Assembly: GCA_964016885.1 (NCBI GenBank)
Contig: OZ024741.1
Span: 403,620,001-403,684,000 of the forward strand
Direction of reading: 5' to 3'
Length of the DNA: 64,000 nt
Source of the DNA: Eledone cirrhosa
Taxonomy: Eukaryota
Shown here: in pieces, positions 9,201 to 24,200 of the stretch
Numbering within the stretch: position 1 is the first letter of the stretch
How the letters are laid out: each line of letters begins with the position of its first letter
Made by a program: the position numbers and the translations under genes
Notes under the pieces: model-generated
Databases searched by the model: none
Told to the model about the DNA's origin: nothing
The model's input: the letters and a program-made list of their open reading frames with translations, nothing else

Positions 9201-12200
9201 CATAAGGTCATATGTTCTGTATCTTCATGGAGCTGTCATCATGTCATATGATCTGTATCTTCACGGAGCTGTCATAAGGTCATATGATCTGTATCTTCAC
9301 GGAGCTGTCATAAGGTCATATGTTCTGTATCTTCATGGAGCTGTCATCATGTCATATGATCTGTATCTTCACGGAGCTGTCATAAGGTCATATGATCTGT
9401 ATCTTCACGGAGCTGTCATAAGGTCATATGTTCTGTATCTTCATGGAGCTGTCATCATGTCATATGATCTGTATCTTCACGGAGCTGTCATAAGGTCATA
9501 TGATCTGTATCTTCAGGGAGCTGTCATCATGTCATATGTTCTGTATCTTCATGGAGCTGTCATAAGGTCATATGATCTGTATCTTCATGGAGCTGTCATA
9601 AGGTCATATGATCTGTATCTTCATGGAGCTGTCATAAGGTCATATGTTCTGTATCTTCATGGAGCTGTCATCATGTCATATGATCTGTATCTTCATGGAG
9701 CTGTCATCATGTCATATGATCTGTATCTTCATGGAGCTGTCATAAGGTCATATGATCTGTATCTTCATGGAGCTGTCATAAGGTCATATGATCTGTATCT
9801 TCATGGAGCTGTCATAAGGTCATATGTTCTGTATCTTCATGGAGCTGTCATCATGTCATATGATCTGTATCTTCACGGAGCTGTCATAAGGTCATATGAT
9901 CTGTATCTTCATGGAGCTGTCATCATGTCATATGATCAGTATCTTCATGGAGCTGTCATAAGGTCATATGTTCTGTATCTTCATGGAGCTGTCATAAGGT
10001 CATATGATCTGTATCTTCATGGAGCTGTCATAAGGTCATATGATCTGTATCTTCATGGAGCCGTCATAAGGTCATATGATCTGTATCTTCACGGAGCTGT
10101 CATAAGGTCATATGTTCTGTATCTTCATGGAGCTGTCATAAGGTCATATGATCTGTATCTTCATGGAGCTGTCATCATGTCATATGATCTGTATCTTCAT
10201 GGAGCTGTCATAAGGTCATATGTTCTGTATCTTCATGGAGCTGTCATAAGGTCATATGATCTGTATCTTCATGGAGCTGTCATAAGGTCATATGATCTGT
10301 ATCTTCATGGAGCTGTCATCATGTCATATGATCTGTATCTTCATGGAGCTGTCATAAGGTCATATGTTCTGTATCTTCATGGAGCTGTCATCATGTCATA
10401 TGATCTGTATCTTCACGGAGCTGTCATAAGGTCATATGATCTGTATCTTCATGGAGCTGTCATCATGTAATATGATCTGTATCTTCATGGAGCTGTCATA
10501 AGGTCATATGTTCTGTATCTTCATGGAGCTGTCATAAGGTCATATGATCTGTATCTTCATGGAGCTGTCATAAGGTCATATGATCTGTATCTTCATGGAG
10601 CTGTCATAAGGTCATATGATCTGTATCTTCACGGAGCTGTCATAAGGTCATATGTTCTGTATCTTCATGGAGCTATCATAAGGTCATATGATCTGTATCT
10701 TCATGGAGCTGTCATAAGGTCATATGATCTGTATCTTCATGGAGCTGTCATAAGGTCATATGATCTGTATCTTCATGGAGCTATCATAAGGTCATATGAT
10801 CTGTATCTTCATGGAGCTGTCATCATGTCATATGATCTGTATCTTCATGGAGCTGTCATAAGATCATATGATCTGTATCTTCATGGAGCTGTCATCATGT
10901 CATATGTTCTGTATCTTCATGGAGCTGTCATAAGGTCATATGTTCTGTATCTTCATGGAGCTGTCATAAGGTCATATGATCTGTATCTTCATGGAGCTGT
11001 CATAAGGTCATATGATCTGTATCTTCATGGAGCTGTCATCATGTCATATGATCTGTATCTTCATGGAGCTGTCATAAGGTCATATGTTCTGTATCTTCAT
11101 GGAGCTGTCATCATGTCATATGTTCTGTATCTTCATGGAGCTGTCATAAGGTCATATGATCTGTATCTTCATGGAGCTGTCATGAGGTCATATGTTCTGT
11201 ATCTTCATGGAGCTATCATAAGGTCATATGATCTGTATCTTCATGGAGCTGTCATCATGTCATATGATCTGTATCTTCATGGAGCTGTCATGAGGTCATA
11301 TGTTCTGTATCTTCATGGAGCTGTCATAAAGTCATATGATCTGTATCTTCATGGAGCTGTCATCATGTCATATGATCTGTATCTTCATGGAGCTGTCATA
11401 AGGTCATATGATCTGTATCTTCATGGAGCTGTCATCATGTCATATGATCTGTATCTTCATGGAGCTGTCATAAGGTCATATGATATGTATCTTCATGGAG
11501 CTGTCATAAGGTCATATGATCTGTATCTTCATGGAGCTGTCATAAGGTCATATGATCTGTATCTTCATGGAGCTATCATAAGGTCATATGTTCTGTATCT
11601 TCATGGAGCTGTCATCATGTCATATGATCTGTATCTTCATGGAGCTGTCATAAGGTCATATGATCTGTATCTTCATGGAGCTATCATAAGGTCATATGAT
11701 CTGTATCTTCATGGAGCTGTCATAAGGTCATATGATCTGTATCTTCATGGAGCTGTCATAAGGTCATATGATCTGTATCTTCATGGAGCTGTCATCATGT
11801 CATATGATCTGTATCTTCATGGAGCTGTCATCATGTCATATGATCTGTATCTTCATGGAGCTGTCATAAGGTCATATGATCTGTATCTTCATGGAGCTGT
11901 CATCATGTCTTATGATCTGTATCTTCATGGAGCTGTCATCATGTCATATGATCTGTATCTTCATGGAGCTGTCATCATGTCATATGATCTGTATCTTCAT
12001 GGAGCTATCATAAGGTCATATGATCTGTATCTTCATGGAGCTGTCATCATGTCATATGATCTGTATCTTCATGGAGCTGTCATAAGGTCATATGATCTGT
12101 ATCTTCATGGAGCTGTCATCATGTAATATGATCTGTATCTTCATGGAGCTGTCATAAGGTCATATGATCTGTATCTTCATGGAGCTGTCATCATGTCATA

Positions 12201-15200
12201 TGATCTGTATCTTCATGGAGCTGTCATAAGGTCATATGATCTGTATCTTCATGGAGCTGTCATCATGTCATATGATCTGTATCTTCATGGAGCTGTCATA
12301 AGTTGATATGATCTGTATCTTCATGGAGCTGTCATAAGGTCATATGATCTGTATCTTCATGGAGCTGTCATCATGTCATATGATCTGTATCTTCATGGAG
12401 CTGTCATCATGTCATATGATCTGTATCTTCATGGAGCTGTCATAAGGTCATATGATCTGTATCTTCATGGAGCTGTCATCATGTCATATGATCTGTATCT
12501 TCATGGAGCTGTCATCATGTCATATGATCTGTATCTTCATGGAGCTGTCATAAGGTCATATGATCTGTATCTTCATGGAGCTGTCATCATGTCTTATGAT
12601 CTGTATCTTCATGGAGCTGTCATCATGTCATATGATCTGTATCTTCATGGAGCTGTCATCATGTCATATGATCTGTATCTTCATGGAGCTATCATAAGGT
12701 CATATGATCTGTATCTTCATGGAGCTGTCATCATGTCATATGATCTGTATCTTCATGGAGCTGTCATAAGGTCATATGATCTGTATCTTCATGGAGCTGT
12801 CATCATGTCATATGATCTGTATCTTCATGGAGCTGTCATAAGGTCATATGATCTGTATCTTCATGGAGCTGTCATCATGTCATATGATCTGTATCTTCAT
12901 GGAGCTGTCATAAGTTGATATGATCTGTATCTTCATGGAGCTGTCATAAGGTCATATGATCTGTATCTTCATGGAGCTGTCATCATGTCATATGATCTGT
13001 ATCTTCATGGAGCTATCATAAGGTCATATGATCTGTATCTTCATGGAGCTGTCATAAGGTCATATGATCTGTATCTTCATGGAGCTGTCATAAGTTGATA
13101 TGATCTGTATCTTCATGGAGCTGTCATAAGGTCATATAATCTGTATCTTCATGGAGCTGTCATAAGGTCATATAATCTGTATCTTCATGGAGCTGTCATC
13201 ATGTCATATGATCTGTATCTTCATGGAGCTGTCATAAGGTCATATGATCTGTATCTTCATGGAGCTGTCATAAGGTCATATGATCTGTATCTTCATGGAG
13301 CTGTCATCATGTCATATGATCTGTATCTTCATGGAGCTGTCATAAGGTCATATGATCTGTATCTTCATGGAGCTGTCATCATGTCATATGATCTGTATCT
13401 TCATGGAGCTGTCATAAGGTCATATGATCTGTATCTTCATGGAGCTGTCATCATGTCATATGATCTGTATCTTCATGGAGCTTTCAAAAGGTCATATGAT
13501 CTGTATCTTCATGGAGCTGTCATCATGTCATATGATCTGTATCTTCATGGAGCTGTCATAAGGTCATATGATCTGTATCTTCATGGAGCTGTCATCATGT
13601 CATATGATCTGTATCTTCATGGAGCTATCATAAGGTCATATGATCTGTATCTTCATGGAGCTGTCATAAGGTCATATGATCTGTATCTTCATGGAGGTGT
13701 CATAAGGTCATATGATCTGTATCTTCATGGAGCTGTCATCATGTCATATGATCTGTATCTTCATGGAGCTGTCATCATGTCATATGATCTGTATCTTCAT
13801 GGAGCTGTCATAAGGTCATATGATCTGTATCTTCATGGAGCTATCATAAGGTCATATGATCTGTATCTTCATGGAGCTGTCATAAGGTCATATGATCTGT
13901 ATCTTCATGGAGCTGTCATAAGGTCATATGATCTGTATCTTCATGGAGCTGTCATCATGTCATATGATCTGTATCTTCATGGAGCTGTCATCATGTCATA
14001 TGATCTGTATCTTCATGGAGCTGTCATAAGGTCATATGATCTGTATCTTCATGGAGCTGTCATCATGTCTTATGATCTGTATCTTCATGGAGCTGTCATC
14101 ATGTCATATGATCTGTATCTTCATGGAGCTGTCATCATGTCATATGATCTGTATCTTCATGGAGCTATCATAAGGTCATATGATCTGTATCTTCATGGAG
14201 CTGTCATCATGTCATATGATCTGTATCTTCATGGAGCTGTCATAAGGTCATATGATCTGTATCTTCATGGAGCTGTCATCATGTAATATGATCTGTATCT
14301 TCATGGAGCTGTCATAAGGTCATATGATCTGTATCTTCATGGAGCTGTCATCATGTCATATGATCTGTATCTTCATGGAGCTGTCATAAGGTCATATGAT
14401 CTGTATCTTCATGGAGCTGTCATCATGTCATATGATCTGTATCTTCATGGAGCTGTCATAAGTTGATATGATCTGTATCTTCATGGAGCTGTCATAAGGT
14501 CATATGATCTGTATCTTCATGGAGCTGTCATCATGTCATATGATCTGTATCTTCATGGAGCTGTCATCATGTCATATGATCTGTATCTTCATGGAGCTGT
14601 CATAAGGTCATATGATCTGTATCTTCATGGAGCTGTCATCATGTCATATGATCTGTATCTTCATGGAGCTGTCATCATGTCATATGATCTGTATCTTCAT
14701 GGAGCTGTCATAAGGTCATATGATCTGTATCTTCATGGAGCTGTCATCATGTCTTATGATCTGTATCTTCATGGAGCTGTCATCATGTCATATGATCTGT
14801 ATCTTCATGGAGCTGTCATCATGTCATATGATCTGTATCTTCATGGAGCTATCATAAGGTCATATGATCTGTATCTTCATGGAGCTGTCATCATGTCATA
14901 TGATCTGTATCTTCATGGAGCTGTCATAAGGTCATATGATCTGTATCTTCATGGAGCTGTCATCATGTCATATGATCTGTATCTTCATGGAGCTGTCATA
15001 AGGTCATATGATCTGTATCTTCATGGAGCTGTCATCATGTCATATGATCTGTATCTTCATGGAGCTGTCATAAGTTGATATGATCTGTATCTTCATGGAG
15101 CTGTCATAAGGTCATATGATCTGTATCTTCATGGAGCTGTCATCATGTCATATGATCTGTATCTTCATGGAGCTATCATAAGGTCATATGATCTGTATCT

Positions 15201-18200
15201 TCATGGAGCTGTCATAAGGTCATATGATCTGTATCTTCATGGAGCTGTCATAAGTTGATATGATCTGTATCTTCATGGAGCTGTCATAAGGTCATATAAT
15301 CTGTATCTTCATGGAGCTGTCATAAGGTCATATAATCTGTATCTTCATGGAGCTGTCATCATGTCATATGATCTGTATCTTCATGGAGCTGTCATAAGGT
15401 CATATGATCTGTATCTTCATGGAGCTGTCATAAGGTCATATGATCTGTATCTTCATGGAGCTGTCATCATGTCATATGATCTGTATCTTCATGGAGCTGT
15501 CATAAGGTCATATGATCTGTATCTTCATGGAGCTGTCATCATGTCATATGATCTGTATCTTCATGGAGCTGTCATAAGGTCATATGATCTGTATCTTCAT
15601 GGAGCTGTCATCATGTCATATGATCTGTATCTTCATGGAGCTTTCAAAAGGTCATATGATCTGTATCTTTATGGAGCTGTCATCATGTCATATGATCTGT
15701 ATCTTCATGGAGCTGTCATAAGGTCATATGATCTGTATCTTCATGGAGCTGTCATCATGTCATATGATCTGTATCTTCATGGAGCTATCATAAGGTCATA
15801 TGATCTGTATCTTCATGGAGCTGTCATAAGGTCATATGATCTGTATCTTCATGGAGGTGTCATAAGGTCATATGATCTGTATCTTCATGGAGCTGTCATC
15901 ATGTCATATGATCTGTATCTTCATGGAGCTGTCATCATGTCATATGATCTGTATCTTCATGGAGCTGTCATAAGGTCATATGTTCTGTATCTTCATGGAG
16001 CTGTCATAAGGTCATATGATCTGTATCTTCATGGAGCTGTCATAAGGTCATATGATCTGTATCTTCATGGAGCTGTCATAAGGTCATATGTTCTGTATCT
16101 TCATGGAGCTGTCATAAGGTCATATGATCTGTATCTTCATGGAGCTGTCATAAGGTCATATGATCTGTATCTTCATGGAGCTGTTATCATGTCATATGTT
16201 CTGTATCTTCATGGAGCTGTCATAAGGTCATATGATCTGTATCTTCATGGAGCTGTCATCATGTCATATGATCTGTATCTTCATGGAGCTGTCATCATGT
16301 CATATGATCTGTATCTTCACGGAGCTGTCATCATGTCATATGATCTGTATCTTCATGGAGCTGTCATAAGGCCATATGATCTGTATCTTCATGGAGCTGT
16401 CATCATGTCATATGATCTGTATCTTCATGGAGCTGTCATAAGGTCATATGATCTGTATCTTCATGGAGCTGTCATAAGGTCATATGATCTGTATCTTCAT
16501 GGAGCTGTCATAAGGTCATATGATCTGTATCTTCATGGAGCTGTCATCATGTCATATGATCTGTATCTTCACGGAGCTGTCATCATGTCATATGATCTGT
16601 ATCTTCATGGAGCTGTCATAAGGTCATATGATCTGTATCTTCATGGAGCTGTCATCATGTCATATGATCTGTATCTTCATGGAGCTGTCATAAGGTCATA
16701 TGATCTGTATCTTCATGGAGCTGTCATAAGGTCATATGATCTGTATCTTCATGGAGCTGTCATAAGGTCATATGATCTGTATCTTCATGGAGCTGTCATC
16801 ATGTCATATGATCTGTATCTTCACGGAGCTGTCATAAGGTCATATGATCTGTATCTTCATGGAGCTGTCATAAGGTCATATGTTCTGTATCTTCATGGAG
16901 CTGTCATAAGGTCATATGTTCTGTATCTTCACGGAGCTGTCATAAGGTCATATGTTCTGTATCTTCATGGAGCTGTCATCATGTCATATGATCTGTATCT
17001 TCATGGAGCTGTCATAAGGTCATATGTTCTGTATCTTCATGGAGCTGTCATCATGTCATATGATCTGTATCTTCATGGAGCTGTCATAAGGTCATATGTT
17101 CTGTATCTTCATGGAGCTGTCATCATGTCATATGATCTGTATCTTCACGGAGCTGTCATAAGGTCATATGATCTGTATCTTCATGGAGCTGTCATCATGT
17201 CATATGATCTGTATCTTCATGGAGCTGTCATAAGGTCATATGTTCTGTATCTTCATGGAGCTGTCATAAGGTCATATGATCTGTATCTTCATGGAGCTGT
17301 CATAAGGTCATATGATCTGTATCTTCATGGAGCTGTCATCATGTCATATGATCTGTATCTTCATGGAGCTGTCATAAGGTCATATGATCTGTATCTTCAT
17401 GGAGCTATCATAAGGTCATATGTTCTGTATCTTCATGGAGCTGTCATCATGTCATATGATCTGTATCTTCATGGAGCTGTCATAAGGTCATATGATCTGT
17501 ATCTTCACGGAGCTGTCATAAGGTCATATGTTCTGTATCTTCATGGAGCTGTCATCATGTCATATGATCTGTATCTTCACGGAGCTGTCATAAGGTCATA
17601 TGATCTGTATCTTCAGGGAGCTGTCATCATGTCATATGTTCTGTATCTTCATGGAGCTGTCATAAGGTCATATGATCTGTATCTTCATGGAGCTGTCATA
17701 AGGTCATATGATCTGTATCTTCATGGAGCTGTCATAAGGTCATATGTTCTGTATCTTCATGGAGCTGTCATCATGTCATATGATCTGTATCTTCATGGAG
17801 CTGTCATAAGGTCATATGATCTGTATCTTCATGGAGCTGTCATAAGGTCATATGATCTGTATCTTCATGGAGCTGTCATCATGTCATATGATCTGTATCT
17901 TCATGGAGCTGTCATAAGGTCATATGTTCTGTATCTTCATGGAGCTGTCATAAGGTCATATGATCTGTATCTTCATGGAGCTGTCATAAGGTCATATGAT
18001 CTGTATCTTAATGGAGCTGTCATCATGTCATATGATCTGTATCTTCATGGAGCTTTTATAAGGTCATATGTTCTGTATCTTCATGAAGCTGTCAGCATGT
18101 CATATGATCTGTATCTTCACGGAGCTGTCATAAGATCATATGATCTGTATCTTCATGGAGCTGTCATCATGTCATATGATCTGTATCTTCATGGAGCTGT

Positions 18201-21200
18201 CATAAGGTCATATGTTCTGTATCTTCATGGAGCTGTCATAAGGTCATATGATCTGTATCTTCATGGAGCTGTCATAAGGTCATATGATCTGTATCTTCAT
18301 GGAGCTGTCATAAGGTCATATGATCTGTATCTTCACGGAGCTGTCATAAGGTCATATGTTCTGTATCTTCATGGAGCTATCATAAGGTCATATGATCTGT
18401 ATCTTCATGGATCTGTCATAAGGTCATATGATCTGTATCTTCATGGAGCTGTCATAAGGTCATATGATCTGTATCTTCATGGAGCTATCATAAGGTCATA
18501 TGATCTGTATCTTCATGGAGCTGTCATCATGTCATATGATCTGTATCTTCATGGAGCTGTCATAAGATCATATGATCTGTATCTTCATGGAGCTGTCATC
18601 ATGTCATATGTTCTGTATCTTCATGGAGCTGTCATAAGGTCATATGATCTGTATCTTCATGGAGCTGTCATGAGGTCATATGTTCTGTATCTTCATGGAG
18701 CTATCATAAGGTCATATGATCTGTATCTTCATGGAGCTGTCATCATGTCATATGATCTGTATCTTCATGGAGCTGTCATGAGGTCATATGTTCTGTATCT
18801 TCATGGAGCTGTCATAAAGTCATATGATCTGTATCTTCATGGAGCTGTCATCATGTCATATGATCTGTATCTTCATGGAGCTGTCATAAGGTCATATGAT
18901 CTGTATCTTCATGGAGCTGTCATCATGTCATATGATCTGTATCTTCATGGAGCTGTCATAAGGTCATATGATATGTATCTTCATGGAGCTGTCATAAGGT
19001 CATATGATCTGTATCTTCATGGAGCTGTCATAAGGTCATATGATCTGTATCTTCATGGAGCTATCATAAGGTCATATGTTCTGTATCTTCATGGAGCTGT
19101 CATCATGTCATATGATCTGTATCTTCATGGAGCTGTCATAAGGTCATATGATCTGTATCTTCATGGAGCTGTCATCATGTCATATGATCTGTATCTTCAT
19201 GGAGCTGTCATAAGGTCATATGATCTGTATCTTCATGGAGCTATCATGAGGTCATATGATCTGTATCTTCATGGAGCTGTCATAAGGTCATATGATCTGT
19301 ATCTTCATGGAGCTGTCATAAGGTCATATGATCTGTATCTTCATGGAGCTGTCATCATGTCATATGATCTGTATCTTCATGGAGCTGTCATCGTGTCATA
19401 TGATCTGTATCTTCATGGAGCTGTCATAAGGTCATATGATCTGTATCTTCATGGAGCTGTCATCATGTCATATGATCTGTATCTTCATGGAGCTGTCATA
19501 AGGTCATATGATCTGTATCTTCATGGAGCTGTCATCATGTCATATGATCTGTATCTTCATGGAGCTATCATAAGGTCATATGATCTGTATCTTCATGGAG
19601 CTGTCATAAGGTCATATGATCTGTATCTTCATGGAGCTGTCATAAGTTGATATGATCTGTATCTTCATGGAGCTGTCATCATGTCATATGATCTGTATCT
19701 TCATGGAGCTGTCATCATGTCATATGATCTGTATCTTCATGGAGCTGTCATAAGGTCATATGATCTGTATCTTCATGGAGCTGTAATAAGGTCATATGAT
19801 CTGTATCTTCATGGAGCTGTCATCATGTCATATGATCTGTATCTTCATGGAGCTGTCATAAGGTCATATGATCTGTATCTTCATGGAGCTGTCATCATGT
19901 CATATGATCTGTATCTTCATGGAGCTGTCATAAGGTCATATGATCTGTATCTTCATGGAGCTGTCATCATGTCATATGATCGGTATCTTCATGGAGCTGT
20001 CATCATGTCATATGATCTGTATCTTCATGGAGCTGTCATCATGTCATATGATCTGTATCTTCATGGAGCTGTCATAAGGTCATATGATCTGTATTTTCAT
20101 GGAGCTGTCATAAGGTCATATGTTCTGTATCTTCATGGAGCTTTCATCATGTCATATGATCTGTATCTTCATGGAGCTGTCATAAGGTCATATGATCTGT
20201 ATCTTCATGGAGCTGTCATCATGTCATATGATCTGTATCTTCATGGAGCTGTCATAAGGTCATATGATCTGTATCTTCATGGAGCTGTCATCATGTCATA
20301 TGATCTGTATCTTCATGGAGCTTTCAAAAGGTCATATGATCTGTATCTTCATGGAGCTGTCATCATGTCATATGATCTGTATCTTCATGGAGCTGTCATA
20401 AGGTCATATGATCTGTATCTTCATGGAGCTGTCATCATGTCATATGATCTGTATCTTCATGGAGCTATCATAAGGTCATATGATCTGTATCTTCATGGAG
20501 CTGTCATAAGGTCATATGATCTGTATCTTCATGGAGGTGTCATAAGGTCATATGATCTGTATCTTCATGGAGCTGTCATCATGTCATATGATCTGTATCT
20601 TCATGGAGCTGTCATCATGTCATATGATCTGTATCTTCATGGAGCTGTCATAAGGTCATATGATCTGTATCTTCATGGAGCTGTCATAAGGTCATATGAT
20701 CTGTATCTTCATGGAGCTGTCATCATGTCATATGATCTGTATCTTCATGGAGCTGTCATAAGGTCATATGATCTGTATCTTCATGGAGCTGTCATCATGT
20801 CATATGATCTGTATCTTCATGGAGCTGTTATCATGTCATATGATCTGTATCTTCATGGAGCTATCATAAGGTCATATATTCTGTATCTTCACGGAGCTGT
20901 CATAAGGTCATATGATCTGTATCTTCATGGAGCTGTCATAAGGTCATATGATCTGTATCTTCATGGAGCTGTCATCATGTCATATGTTCTGTATCTTCAT
21001 GGAGCTGTCATAAGGTCATATGATCTGTATCTTCATGGAGCTATCATAAGGTCATATGTTCTGTATCTTCATGGAGCTGTCATAAGGTCATATGATCTGT
21101 ATCTTCATGGAGCTGTCATAAGGTCATATGTTCTGTATCTTCATGGAGCTGTCATAAGGTCATATGTTCTGTATCTTCATGGAGCTGTCATCATGTCATA

Positions 21201-24200
21201 TGATCTGTATCTTCATGGAGCTGTCATCATGTCATATGTTCTGTATCTTCATGGAGCTGTCATAAGGTCATATGTTCTGTATCTTCATGGAGCTGTCATG
21301 AGGTCATATGTTCTGTATCTTCATGGAGCTGTCATCATGTCATATGATCTGTATCTTCATGGAGCTGTCATGAGGTCATATGATCTGTATCTTTATGGAG
21401 CTGTCATCATGTCATATGTTCTGTATCTTCATGGAGCTGTCATAAGGTCATATGATCTGTATCTTCATGGAGCTGTCATCATGTCATATGATCTGTATCT
21501 TCATGGAGCTATCATAAGGTCATATGATCTGTATCTTCATGGAGCTGTCATCATGTCATATGATCTGTATCTTCATGGAGCTGTCATGAGGTCATATGAT
21601 CTGTATCTTCATGGAGCTGTCATCATGTCATATGTTCTGTATCTTCATGGAGCTGTCATAAGGTCATATGATCTGTATCTTCATGGAACTATCATAAGGT
21701 CATATGTTCTGTATCTTCATGGAGCTGTCATAAGGTCATATGATCTGTATCTTCATGGGGCTATCATAAGGTCATATGTTCTGTATCTTCATGGAGCTGT
21801 CATAAGGTCATATGATCTGTATCTTCATGGAGCTATCATAAGGTCATATGTTCTGTATCTTCATGGAGCTATCATAAGGTCATATGTTCTGTATCTTCAT
21901 GGAGCTGTCATAAGGTCATATGATCTGTATCTTCATGGAGCTGTTATCATGTCATATGTTCTGTATCTTCATGGAGCTGTCATCATGTCATATGATCTGT
22001 ATCTTCATGGAGCTATCATAAGGTCATATGTTCTGTATCTTCATGGAGCTGTCATAAGGTCATATGATCTGTATCTTCATGGAGCTGTCATAAGGTCAAA
22101 TGATCTGTATCTTCATGGAGCTGTCATCATGTCATATGTTCTGTATCTTCATGGAGCTGTCATAAGGTCATATGATCTGTATCTTCATGGAGCTATCATA
22201 AGGTCATATGTTCTGTATCTTCATGGAGCTGTCATAATTTCATATGATCTATATCTTCATGGAGCTGTCGTAAGGTCATATGATCTGTATCTTCATGGAG
22301 CTGTCATCATGTCATATGATCTGTATCTTCATGGAGCTGTCATAAGGTCATATGATCTGTATCTTCATGGAGCTGTCATAAGGTCATATGATCTGTATCT
22401 TCATGGAGCTGTCATCATGTCATATGATCTGTATCTTCATGGAGCTGTCATAAGATCATATGATCTGTATCTTCATGGAGCTGTCATCATGTCATATGTT
22501 CTGTATCTTCATGGAGCTGTCATAAGGTCATATGTTCTGTATCTTCATGGAGCTGTCATAAGGTCATATGATCTGTATCTTCATGGAGCTGTCATAAGGT
22601 CATATGATCTGTATCTTCATGGAGCTGTCATAAGGTCATATGATCTGTATCTTCATGGAGCTGTCATCATGTCATATGATCTGTATCTTCATGGAGCTGT
22701 CATAAGGTCATATGTTCTGTATCTTCATGGAGATGTCATCATGTCATATGTTCTGTATCTTCATGGAGCTGTCATAAGGTCATATGATCTGTATCTTCAT
22801 GGAGCTGTCATTAGGTCATATGTTCTGTATCTTCATGGAGCTATCATAAGGTCATATGATCTGTATCTTCATGGAGCTGTCATCATGTCATATGATCTGT
22901 ATCTTCATGGAGCTGTCATGAGGTCATATGTTCTGTATCTTCATGGAGCTGTCATAAAGTCATATGATCTGTATCTTCATGGAGCTGTCATCATGTCATA
23001 TGATCTGTATCTTCATGGAGCTGTCATAAGATCATATGATCTGTATCTTCATGGAGCTGTCATCATGTCATATGTTCTGTATCTTCATGGAGCTGTCATA
23101 AGGTCATATGTTCTGTATCTTCATGGAGCTGTCATAAGGTCATATGATCTGTATCTTCATGGAGCTGTCATAAGGTCATATGATCTGTATCTTCATGGAG
23201 CTGTCATAAGGTCATATGATCTGTATCTTCATGGAGCTGTCATCATGTCATATGATCTGTATCTTCATGGAGCTGTCATAAGGTCATATGTTCTGTATCT
23301 TCATGGAGATGTCATCATGTCATATGTTCTGTATCTTCATGGAGCTGTCATAAGGTCATATGATCTGTATCTTCATGGAGCTGTCATTAGGTCATATGTT
23401 CTGTATCTTCATGGAGCTATCATAAGGTCATATGATCTGTATCTTCATGGAGCTGTCATCATGTCATATGATCTGTATCTTCATGGAGCTGTCATGAGGT
23501 CATATGTTCTGTATCTTCATGGAGCTGTCATAAAGTCATATGATCTGTATCTTCATGGAGCTGTCATCATGTCATATGATCTGTATCTTCATGGAGCTGT
23601 CATAAGGTCATATGATCTGTATCTTCATGGAGCTGTCATCATGTCGTATGATCTGTATCTTCATGGAGCTGTCATAAGGTCATATGATCTGTATCTTCAT
23701 GGAGCTGTCATCATGTCATATGATCTGTATCTTCATGGAGCTGTCATCATGTCATATGATCTGTATCTTCATGGAGCTGTCATAAGGTCATATGATCTGT
23801 ATCTTCATGGAGCTGTCATAAGGTCATATGATCTGTATCTTCATGGAGCTGTCATTAGGTCATATGATCTGTATCTTCATGGAGCTGTCATCATGTCATA
23901 TGATCTGTATCTTCATGGAGCTGTCATAAGGTCATATGATCTGTATCTTCATGGAGCTATCATAAGGTCATATGATCTGTATCTTCATGGAGCTGTCATA
24001 AGGTCATATGATCTGTATCTTCATGGAGCTGTCATAAGGTCATATGTTCTGTATCTTCATGGAGCTGTCATCATGTCATATGATCTGTATCTTCATGGAG
24101 CTGTCATAAGGTCATATGTTCTGTATCTTCATGGAGCTGTCATCATGTCATATGATCTGTATCTTCATGGAGCTGTCATCATGTCATATGATCTGTATCT

